64,000 nucleotides of DNA from the IMG/VR virus record IMGVR_UViG_3300008108_000006. One strand, 5' to 3'. Shown one piece after another: positions 48,869 to 59,679 of the stretch (position 1 is its first letter; each line of letters begins with the position of its first letter). A program made the translations under genes and the position numbers. The notes beneath the pieces were generated by a model. The model was not told the origin of the DNA, did no database searches, and was given only the letters and a program-made list of their open reading frames with translations. Source of the stretch: a virus. Its lineage: Duplodnaviria > Heunggongvirae > Uroviricota > Caudoviricetes.

Positions 48869-49546
48869 ATGGTTATAGGTAATGGGTTAATCAGGTGTAT
48901 TTTTTCATCTTTTACAAAAAATGATGAAATAATTATTTTTGCTTCCGGGGTTTCTAACTCGAAAGAATCTAACAAGAATGAATTTGATAGAGAAGAAAAA
49001 TTATTAAAAACAACTATTTCAGAAAATCCTGAAAAAAAAATAATTTATTTTAGTACTGTTTTTATTGAAAATGTTAAAAACATGTATTATGAACATAAAA
49101 AAAATATTGAAGAATATATAAAAAATAATTGTGAAAATTATTTGATAATAAGATTACCTCAAGTTGTCGGTTATCTTGGTAATAACAACAACCTTTTTAA
49201 TTTCTTAAAGCAAAAGATAAAAAACTGTGAGGTTTTGAATATTGATTCACTTGCCATTAGATCATTAATAGACATTGACGACGTATATAAAATAACCAAA
49301 ACATTAATAACTGAAGAGTCTAACCAAATCATTAATATAAAAGGAATTGAGGATATCTATGTTTCAGAAATTGTTGATGAAATGTATAATATTTTAGGCG
49401 GTGAAAAAAAAGTCATATATTACAAGGGAGATAATAAAACTATCATCCTCAATAATTCCGAATTGATTGACAAAATAATAAATAACCTGTATATTAATAA
49501 AACAGGATATACTAAAAATTTAATAAAAAAATATTGTTTAATATGA
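48869..49546 (+). CDS. NAD-dependent epimerase/dehydratase-like protein
   Basis: MVIGNGLI, FASGVSNS, YFST, YYEHK, IRLPQVVG. Confidence 0.7.
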   Translation: MVIGNGLIRCIFSSFTKNDEIIIFASGVSNSKESNKNEFDREEKLLKTTISENPEKKIIYFSTVFIENVKNMYYEHKKNIEEYIKNNCENYLIIRLPQVVGYLGNNNNLFNFLKQKIKNCEVLNIDSLAIRSLIDIDDVYKITKTLITEESNQIINIKGIEDIYVSEIVDEMYNILGGEKKVIYYKGDNKTIILNNSELIDKIINNLYINKTGYTKNLIKKYCLI

Positions 49547-50265
49547 TAGTTTTAACGGGATTTTACAATGCTGAAAAATATGTTCAGAGATCAATTTTAT
49601 CAATAATGACTCAAACATATAAAGACTTTACTTGCTATATCACTTCTGATAGATCAACGGATAATTCAATAAATTTAATTAGACAATTAATTAAAAATGA
49701 TCCAAGATTTATTATTGTTGAAGACTCCGATATTAAGTTATACCAAACCGGAAATTTTGACAAGGTAATACGAAATAATCCAAACATTAAAGATGATGAT
49801 GTATTAGTTGAGGTAGATGGTGACGATTGGTTACCTGATTCATATGTGTTTGAAAGAATAAATAAACTTTACGAAGATAAAGATGTTTGGATTGCAAATG
49901 GTAGTTTTAAATATTCTTCGGGTCAACCAGGGTTTTCAAGTCCTCAAAAAAATTTTGATAACCTAAGAAATTCCGTGTTTACAGCATCACACATACGAAC
50001 ATGGAGAGCATTTTTATGGAGAAATATTAAAGAAGAGGATCTTAGAGATGAGGATGGAAATTATTGGCAATGGAGTGGTGATTTGTGTTTTATGTTTCCT
50101 ATGTTAGAAATGGCGGGAGAATCCCACTATAGATTTATGAATGAAGTAAATTACGTTTATAACGCGGAAAACCCAATTAATGAACACAAAGTAGATATTG
50201 AGATGGTAAATGATCACGCTAAAAGAATTAGATCTAAAGAAAAATACGAAAGGTTGGTAAGGTGA
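49543..50265 (+). CDS. GT2-family glycosyltransferase
   Basis: YNAEKYV..SI.SI..QTY, D.STD, VDGDDWL; ATG at 49543 overlaps the previous stop. Confidence 0.8.
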   Translation: MIVLTGFYNAEKYVQRSILSIMTQTYKDFTCYITSDRSTDNSINLIRQLIKNDPRFIIVEDSDIKLYQTGNFDKVIRNNPNIKDDDVLVEVDGDDWLPDSYVFERINKLYEDKDVWIANGSFKYSSGQPGFSSPQKNFDNLRNSVFTASHIRTWRAFLWRNIKEEDLRDEDGNYWQWSGDLCFMFPMLEMAGESHYRFMNEVNYVYNAENPINEHKVDIEMVNDHAKRIRSKEKYERLVR

Positions 50266-51053
50266 TTAGTTGTCGTCTACAAGGAGGGTTAGGTAATCAG
50301 ATGTTTCAAATTGCAACAACCTATTCTATGGCGTTAGATAATAACGATACTTGTTGTTTTGATTTTGACGCGTGTTACACTCCTAATCAGGGAGAAACCG
50401 CCACCAAATACAAAGAGGTTTTTTTTAAAAATGTTACCGACCAAAAAGGGTTTAATTATCAAAAGTATTATACAGAAACAGGTTTTATTTATCGAGATAT
50501 AGAATATGATAATAATTTATTATTAAATGGTTCTTTTCAATCTCATAAATACTTTCATCATAATTTTGAAAAAATAATCGAAATAATAACAATCCCTGAT
50601 TCATATAAAAATAAAGTTTATGATGTTTTTGGGGATTTATTAATGTCAGATAAACCTTTAGTCTCTGTTCATATTAGGAGAGGTGATTACTTAAGTAAGC
50701 CAGATTATCATTACAATCTACCTAAAGAATACTATAACCGATCAATTGAGAATCTAAAAGATTGTAATTTTATTTTTATATCTGATGATATGAATTGGGT
50801 TAAAGAAAATTTTAATGGTAATAATTTTTTCTTTTCTGAAAGTCAGGATGAAATTTTTGATTTTACTCTAATGTATTTGTGTAAAACAAATATAATTGCA
50901 AATAGTTCTTTTTCTTGGTGGGCAGCATACTTAAATCACAAAAACAAAAATATAATAACACCCAATAAATGGTTAGGTGTTAATGCACCCGAATATAAGT
51001 TAGATGATTTATATTTGAGTGATTGGACAATAATTAATTTACAAGACTTATGA
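50262..51053 (+). CDS. GT11 alpha-1,2-fucosyltransferase-like protein
   Basis: GGLGNQMFQ, HIRRGDY, ISDD, IANSSFSWWAAYL. Confidence 0.9.
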   Translation: MISCRLQGGLGNQMFQIATTYSMALDNNDTCCFDFDACYTPNQGETATKYKEVFFKNVTDQKGFNYQKYYTETGFIYRDIEYDNNLLLNGSFQSHKYFHHNFEKIIEIITIPDSYKNKVYDVFGDLLMSDKPLVSVHIRRGDYLSKPDYHYNLPKEYYNRSIENLKDCNFIFISDDMNWVKENFNGNNFFFSESQDEIFDFTLMYLCKTNIIANSSFSWWAAYLNHKNKNIITPNKWLGVNAPEYKLDDLYLSDWTIINLQDL

Positions 51054-51778
51054 AAATACACGCACATATTTTGGCTTGGAATGAGGAAAAAATTCTACCA
51101 TATACCTTAGATCACTATAGTGAATTTTGTGAAAAAATATTCATATACGATAACATGTCAACGGACTCGTCAGATGAAATTTATAAAAAATATAAAAAGG
51201 TTGAGGTAATCAAATGGGATAGTGGTGAAACCTTTAATGATTATCAAAATTCTCTAATTAAATCTTTTAATTATAGAAAAAAAAGTAGAACAGGTGATGT
51301 TGATTGGGTTATTTGTTGCGATTGTGATGAGTTCTTATATCATCCTGATTTACTATCTAAATTAAAGGAATACAAAGATCGAGGAATTACAATGCCTTTA
51401 GTTAATGGGTATGATATGTGTTCAGAAGAATTTCCACAATATGATGGAAAAAAGATAACAGATAAAGTAAAAACAGGATCGGATGTTTATGAGCCTTTTA
51501 GTAAAAAAATAATATTTAATCCTAAATTAGACGTTGAATATGGTATGGGTGCTCACGGTTGTAAAGCACCTAATGCTGTTTTTTCTGAAACACCTGACTT
51601 AAAACTTTTGCACTATAAATACTTAGGTAAAAAATATGTCGATGACCTTTATGAAAAAAGAAGATCTAGACTTTCACAGTTTAATCTAAATAACAATTGT
51701 GGAACACACTACTTCATGATGAAAGAAACTTATGAAAAAATGGATAACATCATAAAAACAGGATTCCAACCAATCTAA
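51050..51778 (+). CDS. GT2-like glycosyltransferase
   Basis: WNEEKILP..LDHY, DNMSTD, WVICCDCDEF, LLHYK. Confidence 0.75.
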   Translation: MKIHAHILAWNEEKILPYTLDHYSEFCEKIFIYDNMSTDSSDEIYKKYKKVEVIKWDSGETFNDYQNSLIKSFNYRKKSRTGDVDWVICCDCDEFLYHPDLLSKLKEYKDRGITMPLVNGYDMCSEEFPQYDGKKITDKVKTGSDVYEPFSKKIIFNPKLDVEYGMGAHGCKAPNAVFSETPDLKLLHYKYLGKKYVDDLYEKRRSRLSQFNLNNNCGTHYFMMKETYEKMDNIIKTGFQPI

Positions 51779-51823
51779 CATATTTACTACTAAGATATTT
51801 TTTAATATTATTAAATAAAAAAA

Positions 51824-53122
51824 ATGAGTTTAAACAAATTAATCAACGAAATTACAGAGTATCTAAAGGAAAATAAACCAAGATATTTATACAATCAAAA
51901 TTTCATTCCTAATCAAAGTAGTGTTCTATATTCAGGACCATTTTGGGATGAAAATGAGGTTGTTGCAGCAATAAAATCATTACTTAATAGTAATTGGTTA
52001 GTATCAGGTGAGAATGTTTTCAGGTTTGAAAGAGCTTTTGCTAAAAAATTTGGAGTTAAATTCTCACACATGGTTAATTCAGGAAGTTCTGCAAATTTAA
52101 TTTTAATTACGGCAATAAAAAAATATTTTGGTTGGGAAGATGGTGATGAGATTATAGTATCACCTGTAGGATTTCCTACAACCATTTCACCTATTGTTCA
52201 AAATAATTTAGTCCCTGTATTTGTTGATATTGAATATAATACTTTGAATTTTGATGTAAATTTGATAGAATCAAAAATTACAGAAAGGACAAAGGCTATT
52301 TTTGTTTCTCCAGTATTGGGTAACCCTCCTGATATTGATTTTTTGAAAGAATTATGTGAAAAACACAATCTAAAATTATTAGGTGATAGTTGTGACAGTT
52401 TAGGTACTAAATGGAATGGTGAGGATTTAAGTAAAAATTATGTGGCTTGGACCACGTCTTTTTATCCGGCACACCACATTACTACTGGTGAAGGTGGTAT
52501 GGTTTGTACCAATGACGAAGAACTTAAAAAACTCTTTGTTAGTTTTTCTTGGTGGGGTAGAGCGTGTTATTGTGTGGGGTCGTCCAATCTTCTACCTTGC
52601 GGTACCTGTAAAAACAGATTTTCAAATTGGCTTGAATCATACAACGGTATTATTGATCACAAATATGTTTTCACCAATATGGGGTATAATTTAAAACCTA
52701 TGGATCTCCAAGGTTCAATAGGGTTAATTCAATTAGAAAAATTTGATGAGATTGATCAGAAAAGAAAAAATAGTAAAAATCGAATTGAAGAGATTATTTT
52801 GAAACATGTACATGGTGTTAAAAATGTAAATTCTCTCGATAAGTCCGACACCTGTTGGTTTGGTACTCCATTTATATGTGAAAATAAACAACTAAAAGAT
52901 AAATTAGTTGCGTTTTTAGAAGATAATAAAATACAAACAAGAAATTATTTTGCCGGTAACATTTTATATCATCCAGCATATAAACATTTAGGGAATATTG
53001 AGGACTTTCCTAATTCAAACATGGTTTTAGATAAGGTCTTTTTTTTAGGTGCTGCACCTCACTATAACGAGGATGTTTTTAAGTACATTGATGAAATTTT
53101 TGAAGAAAAATGGAAAAACTAA
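51824..53122 (+). CDS. rfbH: RfbH/DdhC-like CDP-4-keto-6-deoxyglucose 3-dehydratase (DegT/DnrJ family)
   Basis: VNSGSSANL, DSCDSLG, SFYPAHHITTGEGG (His in place of the PLP Lys), Cys cluster WGRACYC...CGTC, DHKY....GYNLKP. Confidence 0.85.
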   Translation: MSLNKLINEITEYLKENKPRYLYNQNFIPNQSSVLYSGPFWDENEVVAAIKSLLNSNWLVSGENVFRFERAFAKKFGVKFSHMVNSGSSANLILITAIKKYFGWEDGDEIIVSPVGFPTTISPIVQNNLVPVFVDIEYNTLNFDVNLIESKITERTKAIFVSPVLGNPPDIDFLKELCEKHNLKLLGDSCDSLGTKWNGEDLSKNYVAWTTSFYPAHHITTGEGGMVCTNDEELKKLFVSFSWWGRACYCVGSSNLLPCGTCKNRFSNWLESYNGIIDHKYVFTNMGYNLKPMDLQGSIGLIQLEKFDEIDQKRKNSKNRIEEIILKHVHGVKNVNSLDKSDTCWFGTPFICENKQLKDKLVAFLEDNKIQTRNYFAGNILYHPAYKHLGNIEDFPNSNMVLDKVFFLGAAPHYNEDVFKYIDEIFEEKWKN

Positions 53123-54492
53123 AAGTAGTTATTCTTGGTGACGGAATATTAGGTTCTGAAATTACAAAACAAACTGATTGGGATTTTATTTCAAGGAAAA
53201 AAGATAATCTTTCTATTGATGATTTTTCTAGATACATACGATATGATACCAACATAATTGTTAACTGTATAGCAAATACGAATACCTACTCCGACAATCA
53301 TGATTTACATTGGAAAACTAATGTTTTATTTGTTGATAAGTTGATAGATTTTTGTAACCAAAAAAATATAAAATTAGTTCAAATATCTTCAGATTACATT
53401 TACTCTAATTCTGAAAAATTTGCGGATGAAAAATCAGTTCCTTTACACTGTAATAATTGGTACGGATATACTAAATTAGTTTCAGACGCTTTGGTTCAGG
53501 CTCGATCAAATAATTTTTTAATTATAAGATGTACACATAAACCAAATCCATTTCCTTTTGAAAATGCGTGGGATGACCAAATTGGAAATTTTGACTATGT
53601 AAATGTTATTTCTGAAAAAATTATAAGTTTAATCATGAAAAACGCAACCGGTATATTCAATGTAGGTACCGATACTAAAACTATATTTGAATTGGCAGAA
53701 CAAACTAGAGATGTTAAACCGATAAAATCACCCGAGTTTGTTCCGAAAAATACAACTATGAATGTGGAAAAAATGAAAAAATATTTATCAACACCTTTCT
53801 TTTCAATAGCGATACCAACTTATGGATACAACGGAAATGGTCAAAAATTTCTTATAGAAAATTTTGAAAAATTAAAGACTCAAACATACACAGATTTTGA
53901 GGTGGTTATTTCAGATCATAGTATTGATGACACCATTAAAGATATTTGTGATAAATATTCTCAGGAATTAAATATTAGGTATTTCAGAAACGAAATAGGT
54001 CGAGGAATTATATCACCTAACATTAATAATGCCATGAAAAATTGTTTAGGTAAATGGATTAAGATTTTATTCCAAGATGATTTTTTGTATGATAAATTTT
54101 CGTTGGAAAATCAGTTTAAATTTATCGTAAATAATTCTGATATGTATTGGTTTGCTACTAAATTTTTTCATAGTAATGATGGTGTAACCTTTTATAGATT
54201 GTTTCACCCAAAATGGAATGACTTAATATGGACAGGAAATAATACAATTGGGTGTCCGTCGGTTATAACCATTAAAAATGAAGATTTAGAATATTTTGAT
54301 GAAGGTTTAAATTGGTTAATGGATGTAGAATTTTATAAACGAGTTTTTGATAAAAAAGGAGAACCAAAAATATTAGACGAAATAACCGCGGTTAATCGCA
54401 CTTGGGGTGATCGTTTAACTGATACTATCACTGAAGAATTAAAAACTAATGAACACATAATTGTAAATCAAAAATATGCTCAAACTAAATAA
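53110..54492 (+). CDS. RmlD-like reductase fused to a GT2 domain
   Basis: ILGDGILG, ISSDYIY, YGYTK in the N-half; FSIAIPTY, VISDHS, LFQDDF in the C-half. Confidence 0.8.
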   Translation: MEKLKVVILGDGILGSEITKQTDWDFISRKKDNLSIDDFSRYIRYDTNIIVNCIANTNTYSDNHDLHWKTNVLFVDKLIDFCNQKNIKLVQISSDYIYSNSEKFADEKSVPLHCNNWYGYTKLVSDALVQARSNNFLIIRCTHKPNPFPFENAWDDQIGNFDYVNVISEKIISLIMKNATGIFNVGTDTKTIFELAEQTRDVKPIKSPEFVPKNTTMNVEKMKKYLSTPFFSIAIPTYGYNGNGQKFLIENFEKLKTQTYTDFEVVISDHSIDDTIKDICDKYSQELNIRYFRNEIGRGIISPNINNAMKNCLGKWIKILFQDDFLYDKFSLENQFKFIVNNSDMYWFATKFFHSNDGVTFYRLFHPKWNDLIWTGNNTIGCPSVITIKNEDLEYFDEGLNWLMDVEFYKRVFDKKGEPKILDEITAVNRTWGDRLTDTITEELKTNEHIIVNQKYAQTK

Positions 54493-55135
54493 TATCACAT
54501 TAATTGCTTTAACTAGTGTTAGAATAGATCAAACGGTTAAAGCACTTGAATATAGTTGTAAAGGTATTGAGTTTGGTTCTGTGAAAATAGCGTCAGACAT
54601 TAAACCAAAGTATTTACCATCTTACATTCAACACGAATATACCGAAAAAAGTTCTAATATTGATGAGTGGAATTATAATATAATTTATAATTTACCTAAA
54701 CATATTGATACTGAATTTGCACTTTTAATTCACGATAATGGGTTTGTTGTTAACCCTGAATCTTGGAAAGATGAATTTTTAAATTATGATTATATTGGGG
54801 CTCCTTGGCCATTACCAAATGATGATTTTTCATATAGGGATATAAATGGAAATATTGTACGACAGGGTAATAGCGTATCCTTAAGAAGTAAGAAACTTTT
54901 AGATGTACCAATTAATAAAAATTTAGAGTGGAAACCATTTCACGGTTTCACCAATGAAGATGGTTTTATTTGTGTTAATTATAGACACGAATATTTAGAC
55001 TCCGGTTGTAAATTTGCCGATATTGATGTTGCTAAATATTTTTCACACGAGTCAATGATTCCTGAAATTGTTGGTATTAAACCTTTTGCCTTTCACAACT
55101 ACTTAGGTAGTAATAATCAATATCCTAAATTTTAA
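54476..55135 (+). CDS. DUF5672-like putative glycosyltransferase
   Basis: LLIHDNGFV, FLNYDYIGAPW, GNSVSLRSKKL, NEDGF, FAFH. Confidence 0.7.
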   Translation: MLKLNNITLIALTSVRIDQTVKALEYSCKGIEFGSVKIASDIKPKYLPSYIQHEYTEKSSNIDEWNYNIIYNLPKHIDTEFALLIHDNGFVVNPESWKDEFLNYDYIGAPWPLPNDDFSYRDINGNIVRQGNSVSLRSKKLLDVPINKNLEWKPFHGFTNEDGFICVNYRHEYLDSGCKFADIDVAKYFSHESMIPEIVGIKPFAFHNYLGSNNQYPKF

Positions 55136-55140
55136 TATAA

Positions 55141-55812
55141 ATGTTAAAAGAACTTGTAATAGCCGCATACGATAAAAACTTAGATTGGATAACTGAGGTG
55201 GATCGTAATGTTAAGATTACCATATACCGTAAAGGTGAAATATTACCTTTAAGAGAAAATGAAATTAAAATAACACCTAATAAAGGTAGGTGTGTTCACA
55301 CATTTTTTAACCACATCTATACTAATTATGATAATCTATCTGATTATACATTTTTTGTTCAAGATTTTCCATTTGATCATTGGGGTAACTTATTATACAT
55401 ACTTAATTCAGATGTCAGTGAGATTAGTAGAAACGCATCATTAACAATTGGTGGATATTATGGTTATCATAATAATACTTTAGGTACCGCATGGACTATG
55501 GATCCATCTTACCAGTTTGGTAATGGTTTTGTAATTTCATGTTATTCAAATGGGTTTCCTCAAGATTTAAATCCTAATATTAATGTCGATAAATATTGGA
55601 GGTTATTATTTTCGGATATTCATTCTCCACCACCTATGTATGAGTTTATGCCGGGTGGTCATTTTGTAATAACAAAAGAACAAGTTAGAATGAGATCTAA
55701 AGAATTCTATAAAAAAATAATTGATCTTTTAATTGAGGACGATAATAGTCCTTGGATGTTTGAGAGACTTGAGTGTTATATATTTAATAATAATTTAAAA
55801 ACAAATTTATGA
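55141..55812 (+). CDS. DUF3431-like protein
   Basis: LVIAAYD..LDW, NKGR..HTF..HI..NYDNL..YTFFVQ..PFDH, F.V.KE.VR.RSKEFY, FERL. Confidence 0.7.
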   Translation: MLKELVIAAYDKNLDWITEVDRNVKITIYRKGEILPLRENEIKITPNKGRCVHTFFNHIYTNYDNLSDYTFFVQDFPFDHWGNLLYILNSDVSEISRNASLTIGGYYGYHNNTLGTAWTMDPSYQFGNGFVISCYSNGFPQDLNPNINVDKYWRLLFSDIHSPPPMYEFMPGGHFVITKEQVRMRSKEFYKKIIDLLIEDDNSPWMFERLECYIFNNNLKTNL

Positions 55813-56606
55813 AAAAAAAAATAGCTTTGGTGACAATGGCAAAAGACGAGGATTTTTATCTACAAGAATGGATTGATTACCACTTAAAATTAGGATTTGA
55901 TGATATTTTCATATATCAAAATAATTGGAGATTTAGAGCCCCATTATTAGATGACCGCGTTCATTTTATGGAGTGGGACGTTGATTCACTAACACCTGTT
56001 GAAGGTATGAGGACTTGGGAATGGAATAGGCATTCTATGTGTTATAGTAATTTTGGTAAGGAATACCATAGTGAGTTTGAATGGGCGGCGTTTTTTGACG
56101 TTGATTGTTTTCTAGTTTTAAAAGAAACTAATAACGTTAAAGAATTTATTTCCAAATATGATAATGTACCACAACAACAAGTTGTTATAAATTTTGCATT
56201 TTTTGGGGATAATGGTTTAACAGAATTTGATGAAAATAATACAAGTGTGTTGGAAAGATTCACAAAACGATGGGAGACACCACATACCGATTCATATTAT
56301 CAATTCTTACCCATATGTAAATTACATGAAAATTTTTGTTGTCATGAAATTCATTTTGTACCCGGTGAGTGGGTCGATGTTGATGGATTTGTTGGTAACG
56401 GTAGATCCGGTGAAAGAAATATTACATTTAATAAAGCACAATTAAACCATTATTATACTAAAACACTTTCAGAGTGGAACTTAAAATTAGAAAAAACAAG
56501 AGCTGAGGGGGATTGGCTTAGAAACTCACAAGAAGGGTTTGTACAACACAACTTTAATGAAGTTGAGGACCTTCACGCATTAAATTTCTTTAAAAAACAA
56601 AATTAA
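55809..56606 (+). CDS. GT92/GT2-like glycosyltransferase
   Basis: MAKDED.YLQEWIDYH..LGFD.IFIY, WAAFFDVD, QLNHYYTK. Confidence 0.75.
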   Translation: MKKKIALVTMAKDEDFYLQEWIDYHLKLGFDDIFIYQNNWRFRAPLLDDRVHFMEWDVDSLTPVEGMRTWEWNRHSMCYSNFGKEYHSEFEWAAFFDVDCFLVLKETNNVKEFISKYDNVPQQQVVINFAFFGDNGLTEFDENNTSVLERFTKRWETPHTDSYYQFLPICKLHENFCCHEIHFVPGEWVDVDGFVGNGRSGERNITFNKAQLNHYYTKTLSEWNLKLEKTRAEGDWLRNSQEGFVQHNFNEVEDLHALNFFKKQN

Positions 56607-56607
56607 T

Positions 56608-57165
56608 ATGAAACCAATACATTTACGAAACGTGCCTCCACCAGGAGAAACATTTGATCACGTAGGGTTTTTTGACTTCTTACTTCAATGGATAAGACCT
56701 GAGAATTATTTAGAACTAGGGGTACGAGAAGGTTCAACATTTAGGACCGTTTCTAAACATTGTACTAAAGCAATAGGTGTTGATATCTCACCATTACCTT
56801 TTCCATTATCAGATAATATGGAATATTACTCAACAACAACCGATGATTTTTTTAATACTTTAGACCCTGAAATTAAATTTGATGTGGTATTTATTGATGC
56901 CGATCACTCTCATGAACAAACTCTTAAAGATTTTTTAAATGTTAAAGATAGAGTAATTGAGGATGGTTTCATATTTTTTCATGATACATATCCTTACGAT
57001 CCTGTTTTTTTTGACAAACACGCTTGTAACGATGCGTATAAAACATCTTTATACATTAAAGAACACTTTATTGATGATTTTGAAATTTTAACACTACCTA
57101 TTAATCCTGGAGTAACTATGGTAAAAAAAATCAAACGGAACAAACAATTAATATATTTAAATTGA
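56608..57165 (+). CDS. Class I SAM-dependent methyltransferase (Methyltransf_24-like)
   Basis: YLELGVREG, FDVVFIDADH, GFIFFHD. Confidence 0.85.
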   Translation: MKPIHLRNVPPPGETFDHVGFFDFLLQWIRPENYLELGVREGSTFRTVSKHCTKAIGVDISPLPFPLSDNMEYYSTTTDDFFNTLDPEIKFDVVFIDADHSHEQTLKDFLNVKDRVIEDGFIFFHDTYPYDPVFFDKHACNDAYKTSLYIKEHFIDDFEILTLPINPGVTMVKKIKRNKQLIYLN

Positions 57166-57207
57166 ATATTGAAAACAATATAAATTATACCATTAGTTAC
57201 TGACGTT

Positions 57208-58119
57208 ATGGGAAGTATAAGATCATTCATGTTTCATGATATAAGAAATTTAGATAAAACAAATTATCCAAAAAGATATAAGTTAAAATCATTTTTAAAT
57301 GAATTACAATTCAAATATCAAATAGACAAGATACAAAAAAAATATAAAATTATTAGTAGTCTTGAAATAAAAAATTTAGATTTAAAAAACGATACTTCGG
57401 ACTATGCGATTTTAACTTTTGATGATGGGTTATTAGATCACTATGATGTCTATAAATATCTTTATTCTTTGGGTTTGTCAGGCACGTTTTTAGTTCCAAA
57501 AATGCCAATAACTGAAAATAAAATAATGAATACACATAAAATTCAGTTTATATTAGCATCAATAGAAGAAAAAACTATAAAAAATGAGATACTTAGTTAT
57601 TTTGATAATAAAGATGAAATTTGGAAAAAGTATTCGGTATCTATGTGGAAAAATAATTGGTGGTCCGAAGAAATGATTTTTATTACTAATTTTTTGAGAC
57701 AGTACAAAGACGATAATATTGACAATTTTAAACTAACTAACGATCTTTTTAATAAATTTGTGACTGAAGATGAATTTAACTTTTCTAAAAATTTGTATTT
57801 AGATGAAAAAAAAATAGAAGAGATGTCTAATAATGGCATGGTAATCGGAGGACATGGAGATATCTCAGAAAATTTGTTACTTATTGAGGATTATAAAAAA
57901 GAAATTGACGAATCTAAAAAATTTTCATCGAAATATTCTGAAAATTTTATATTTTCATATCCAAATGGAGGATATAATGAAGAAATAAAAAACTATATGA
58001 GTGATGTAAACTGTTCGGTTTCTTTTACTACTGAACAATTTACAATAACTGACTTAGATGAAATCGACTACTTAAGATTTCCAAGATATGACGCACCTCA
58101 AAAAATTGACTTACCATGA
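57208..58119 (+). CDS. Polysaccharide deacetylase (NodB-like)
   Basis: MFHD, ILTFDDG, IGGHG, FSYPNG. Confidence 0.8.
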   Translation: MGSIRSFMFHDIRNLDKTNYPKRYKLKSFLNELQFKYQIDKIQKKYKIISSLEIKNLDLKNDTSDYAILTFDDGLLDHYDVYKYLYSLGLSGTFLVPKMPITENKIMNTHKIQFILASIEEKTIKNEILSYFDNKDEIWKKYSVSMWKNNWWSEEMIFITNFLRQYKDDNIDNFKLTNDLFNKFVTEDEFNFSKNLYLDEKKIEEMSNNGMVIGGHGDISENLLLIEDYKKEIDESKKFSSKYSENFIFSYPNGGYNEEIKNYMSDVNCSVSFTTEQFTITDLDEIDYLRFPRYDAPQKIDLP

Positions 58120-58760
58120 AAATAATTTACTATGCGTATAGAGATTGGGCGATTAATATTTTCTCTAAAATTTTAGTAGAGGAAAAATATCTAATTAATT
58201 GCAACAATTATTCAATAATTGACACAATTAAACCGGATTTAGTCTTTTTTATTGGGTGGAGTGAAATTATACCTAATGAGATAATTGAAAACAATACGTG
58301 TATATGTTTACATCCATCTAAATTACCAAAATATAGGGGTGGTAGTCCTATACAACATCAAATAATAAACGGTGAGGTAAAAAGTGCTGTCTCTTTTTTT
58401 ATTATGAACAAAAAAATAGATGGTGGTGATTTACTATACCAACCTAATCTATCATTAGAGGGGAGTCTTAAAAAGATATTTAAAGATATTGAATCAATAG
58501 GTATTGAATATATAAATAAAATAATACTTGACTATAAAAACAAAGAAATTAATATATATACACAGGATGAGTCTGAATCAACTTTTTTTAAAAGAAGAAA
58601 AGAATCTGATAGTGAAATAAAAATAGACGAGATTTTAAATAAAGAACCACTTTATCTATACAATAAAATAAGAGCACTAAATGATCCATATCCAAATGCC
58701 TTTATTAAATGTAAAGATGGAAAAAAATTGTACTTATTGGATACAAAATATGAAAAATGA
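58116..58760 (+). CDS. Formyltransferase (Fmt-like; probably a sugar N-formyltransferase)
   Basis: CLHPSKLPKYRGGSP, IDGGD, IRALNDPYPNAF. Confidence 0.85.
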   Translation: MKIIYYAYRDWAINIFSKILVEEKYLINCNNYSIIDTIKPDLVFFIGWSEIIPNEIIENNTCICLHPSKLPKYRGGSPIQHQIINGEVKSAVSFFIMNKKIDGGDLLYQPNLSLEGSLKKIFKDIESIGIEYINKIILDYKNKEINIYTQDESESTFFKRRKESDSEIKIDEILNKEPLYLYNKIRALNDPYPNAFIKCKDGKKLYLLDTKYEK

Positions 58761-59679
58761 AAAGGTTTTTATAACGGGTGGTGCCGGATTTTTAGGTAAA
58801 AACATTATTAAACGTTTATATAATGATAATGAAATTACTGTTTATTCTAGAGATGAATCAAAACATTATTATCTGAAAAAGGAATTCCCTAATGTTAATT
58901 TTGTTGTTGGAGATATTCGTAATCGGGACCTTTTATTAAGGAAATCAAAAAACCATAGTGTTGGTATTTTTGCAGCATCACTGAAACAAATTGATTCTTG
59001 TACTGAAAATTATGAAGAAGCGTCAAAGATAATTATTGATGGTGCTATAAATTCCAGAATAATTTCCGAAGAAAATAATTTTAAATCTGCGAGTTTTATA
59101 TCAACAGATAAAAGTAGAGCATCTACAACAATATATGGAGCCATGAAATTTGTTGCCGGTGAATCATTCATTGTTAATGAATCTAATTGTAATCTAACTA
59201 CTGTAATTTATGGTAATGTAACAAACTCAACAGGTTCTATAATTCCTTTAATATGGGAATCTATATCAAAAAACCAAACACTAACACTATATGACCCCAA
59301 TATGACAAGATTTTTATTAGATGTTGATGATGCTATTGATTTGATATTAAAATCACAAAGGTACTCTAATTGTAATGTTATACCGGTCTCAAAATCATTT
59401 AAGATCTTGGATTTATTTGAAATATTTAAAAATGAATTCGGGTTAAATTATGTTTTAGGTATTCCTAGAGTTGGTGAAAAAATACATGAAATTATGGCAT
59501 CTTCTGAAGAAATTAGAAGAATGGAATATGTTGAAAGTGATAACATCTATCTATTACACCCTAAAAAATCAATCGGTAAAGTATCGTTTACTGATTCTGA
59601 ATATTCATCAAAAGATAGTTGTTTAACATACGATGAGCTATATAACCACTTCAGATCTAAAAACTTTTATAAACCATGA
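58750..59679 (+). CDS. UDP-GlcNAc 4,6-dehydratase (PseB/FlaA1/WbjB-like)
   Basis: ITGGAGFLG, YSRDESK, GDIR, ISTDK, YGAMK, YGNV..STGSIIP, MTRF, GEKIHE; probable start MKNEK at 58750. Confidence 0.85.
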   Translation: MKNEKVFITGGAGFLGKNIIKRLYNDNEITVYSRDESKHYYLKKEFPNVNFVVGDIRNRDLLLRKSKNHSVGIFAASLKQIDSCTENYEEASKIIIDGAINSRIISEENNFKSASFISTDKSRASTTIYGAMKFVAGESFIVNESNCNLTTVIYGNVTNSTGSIIPLIWESISKNQTLTLYDPNMTRFLLDVDDAIDLILKSQRYSNCNVIPVSKSFKILDLFEIFKNEFGLNYVLGIPRVGEKIHEIMASSEEIRRMEYVESDNIYLLHPKKSIGKVSFTDSEYSSKDSCLTYDELYNHFRSKNFYKP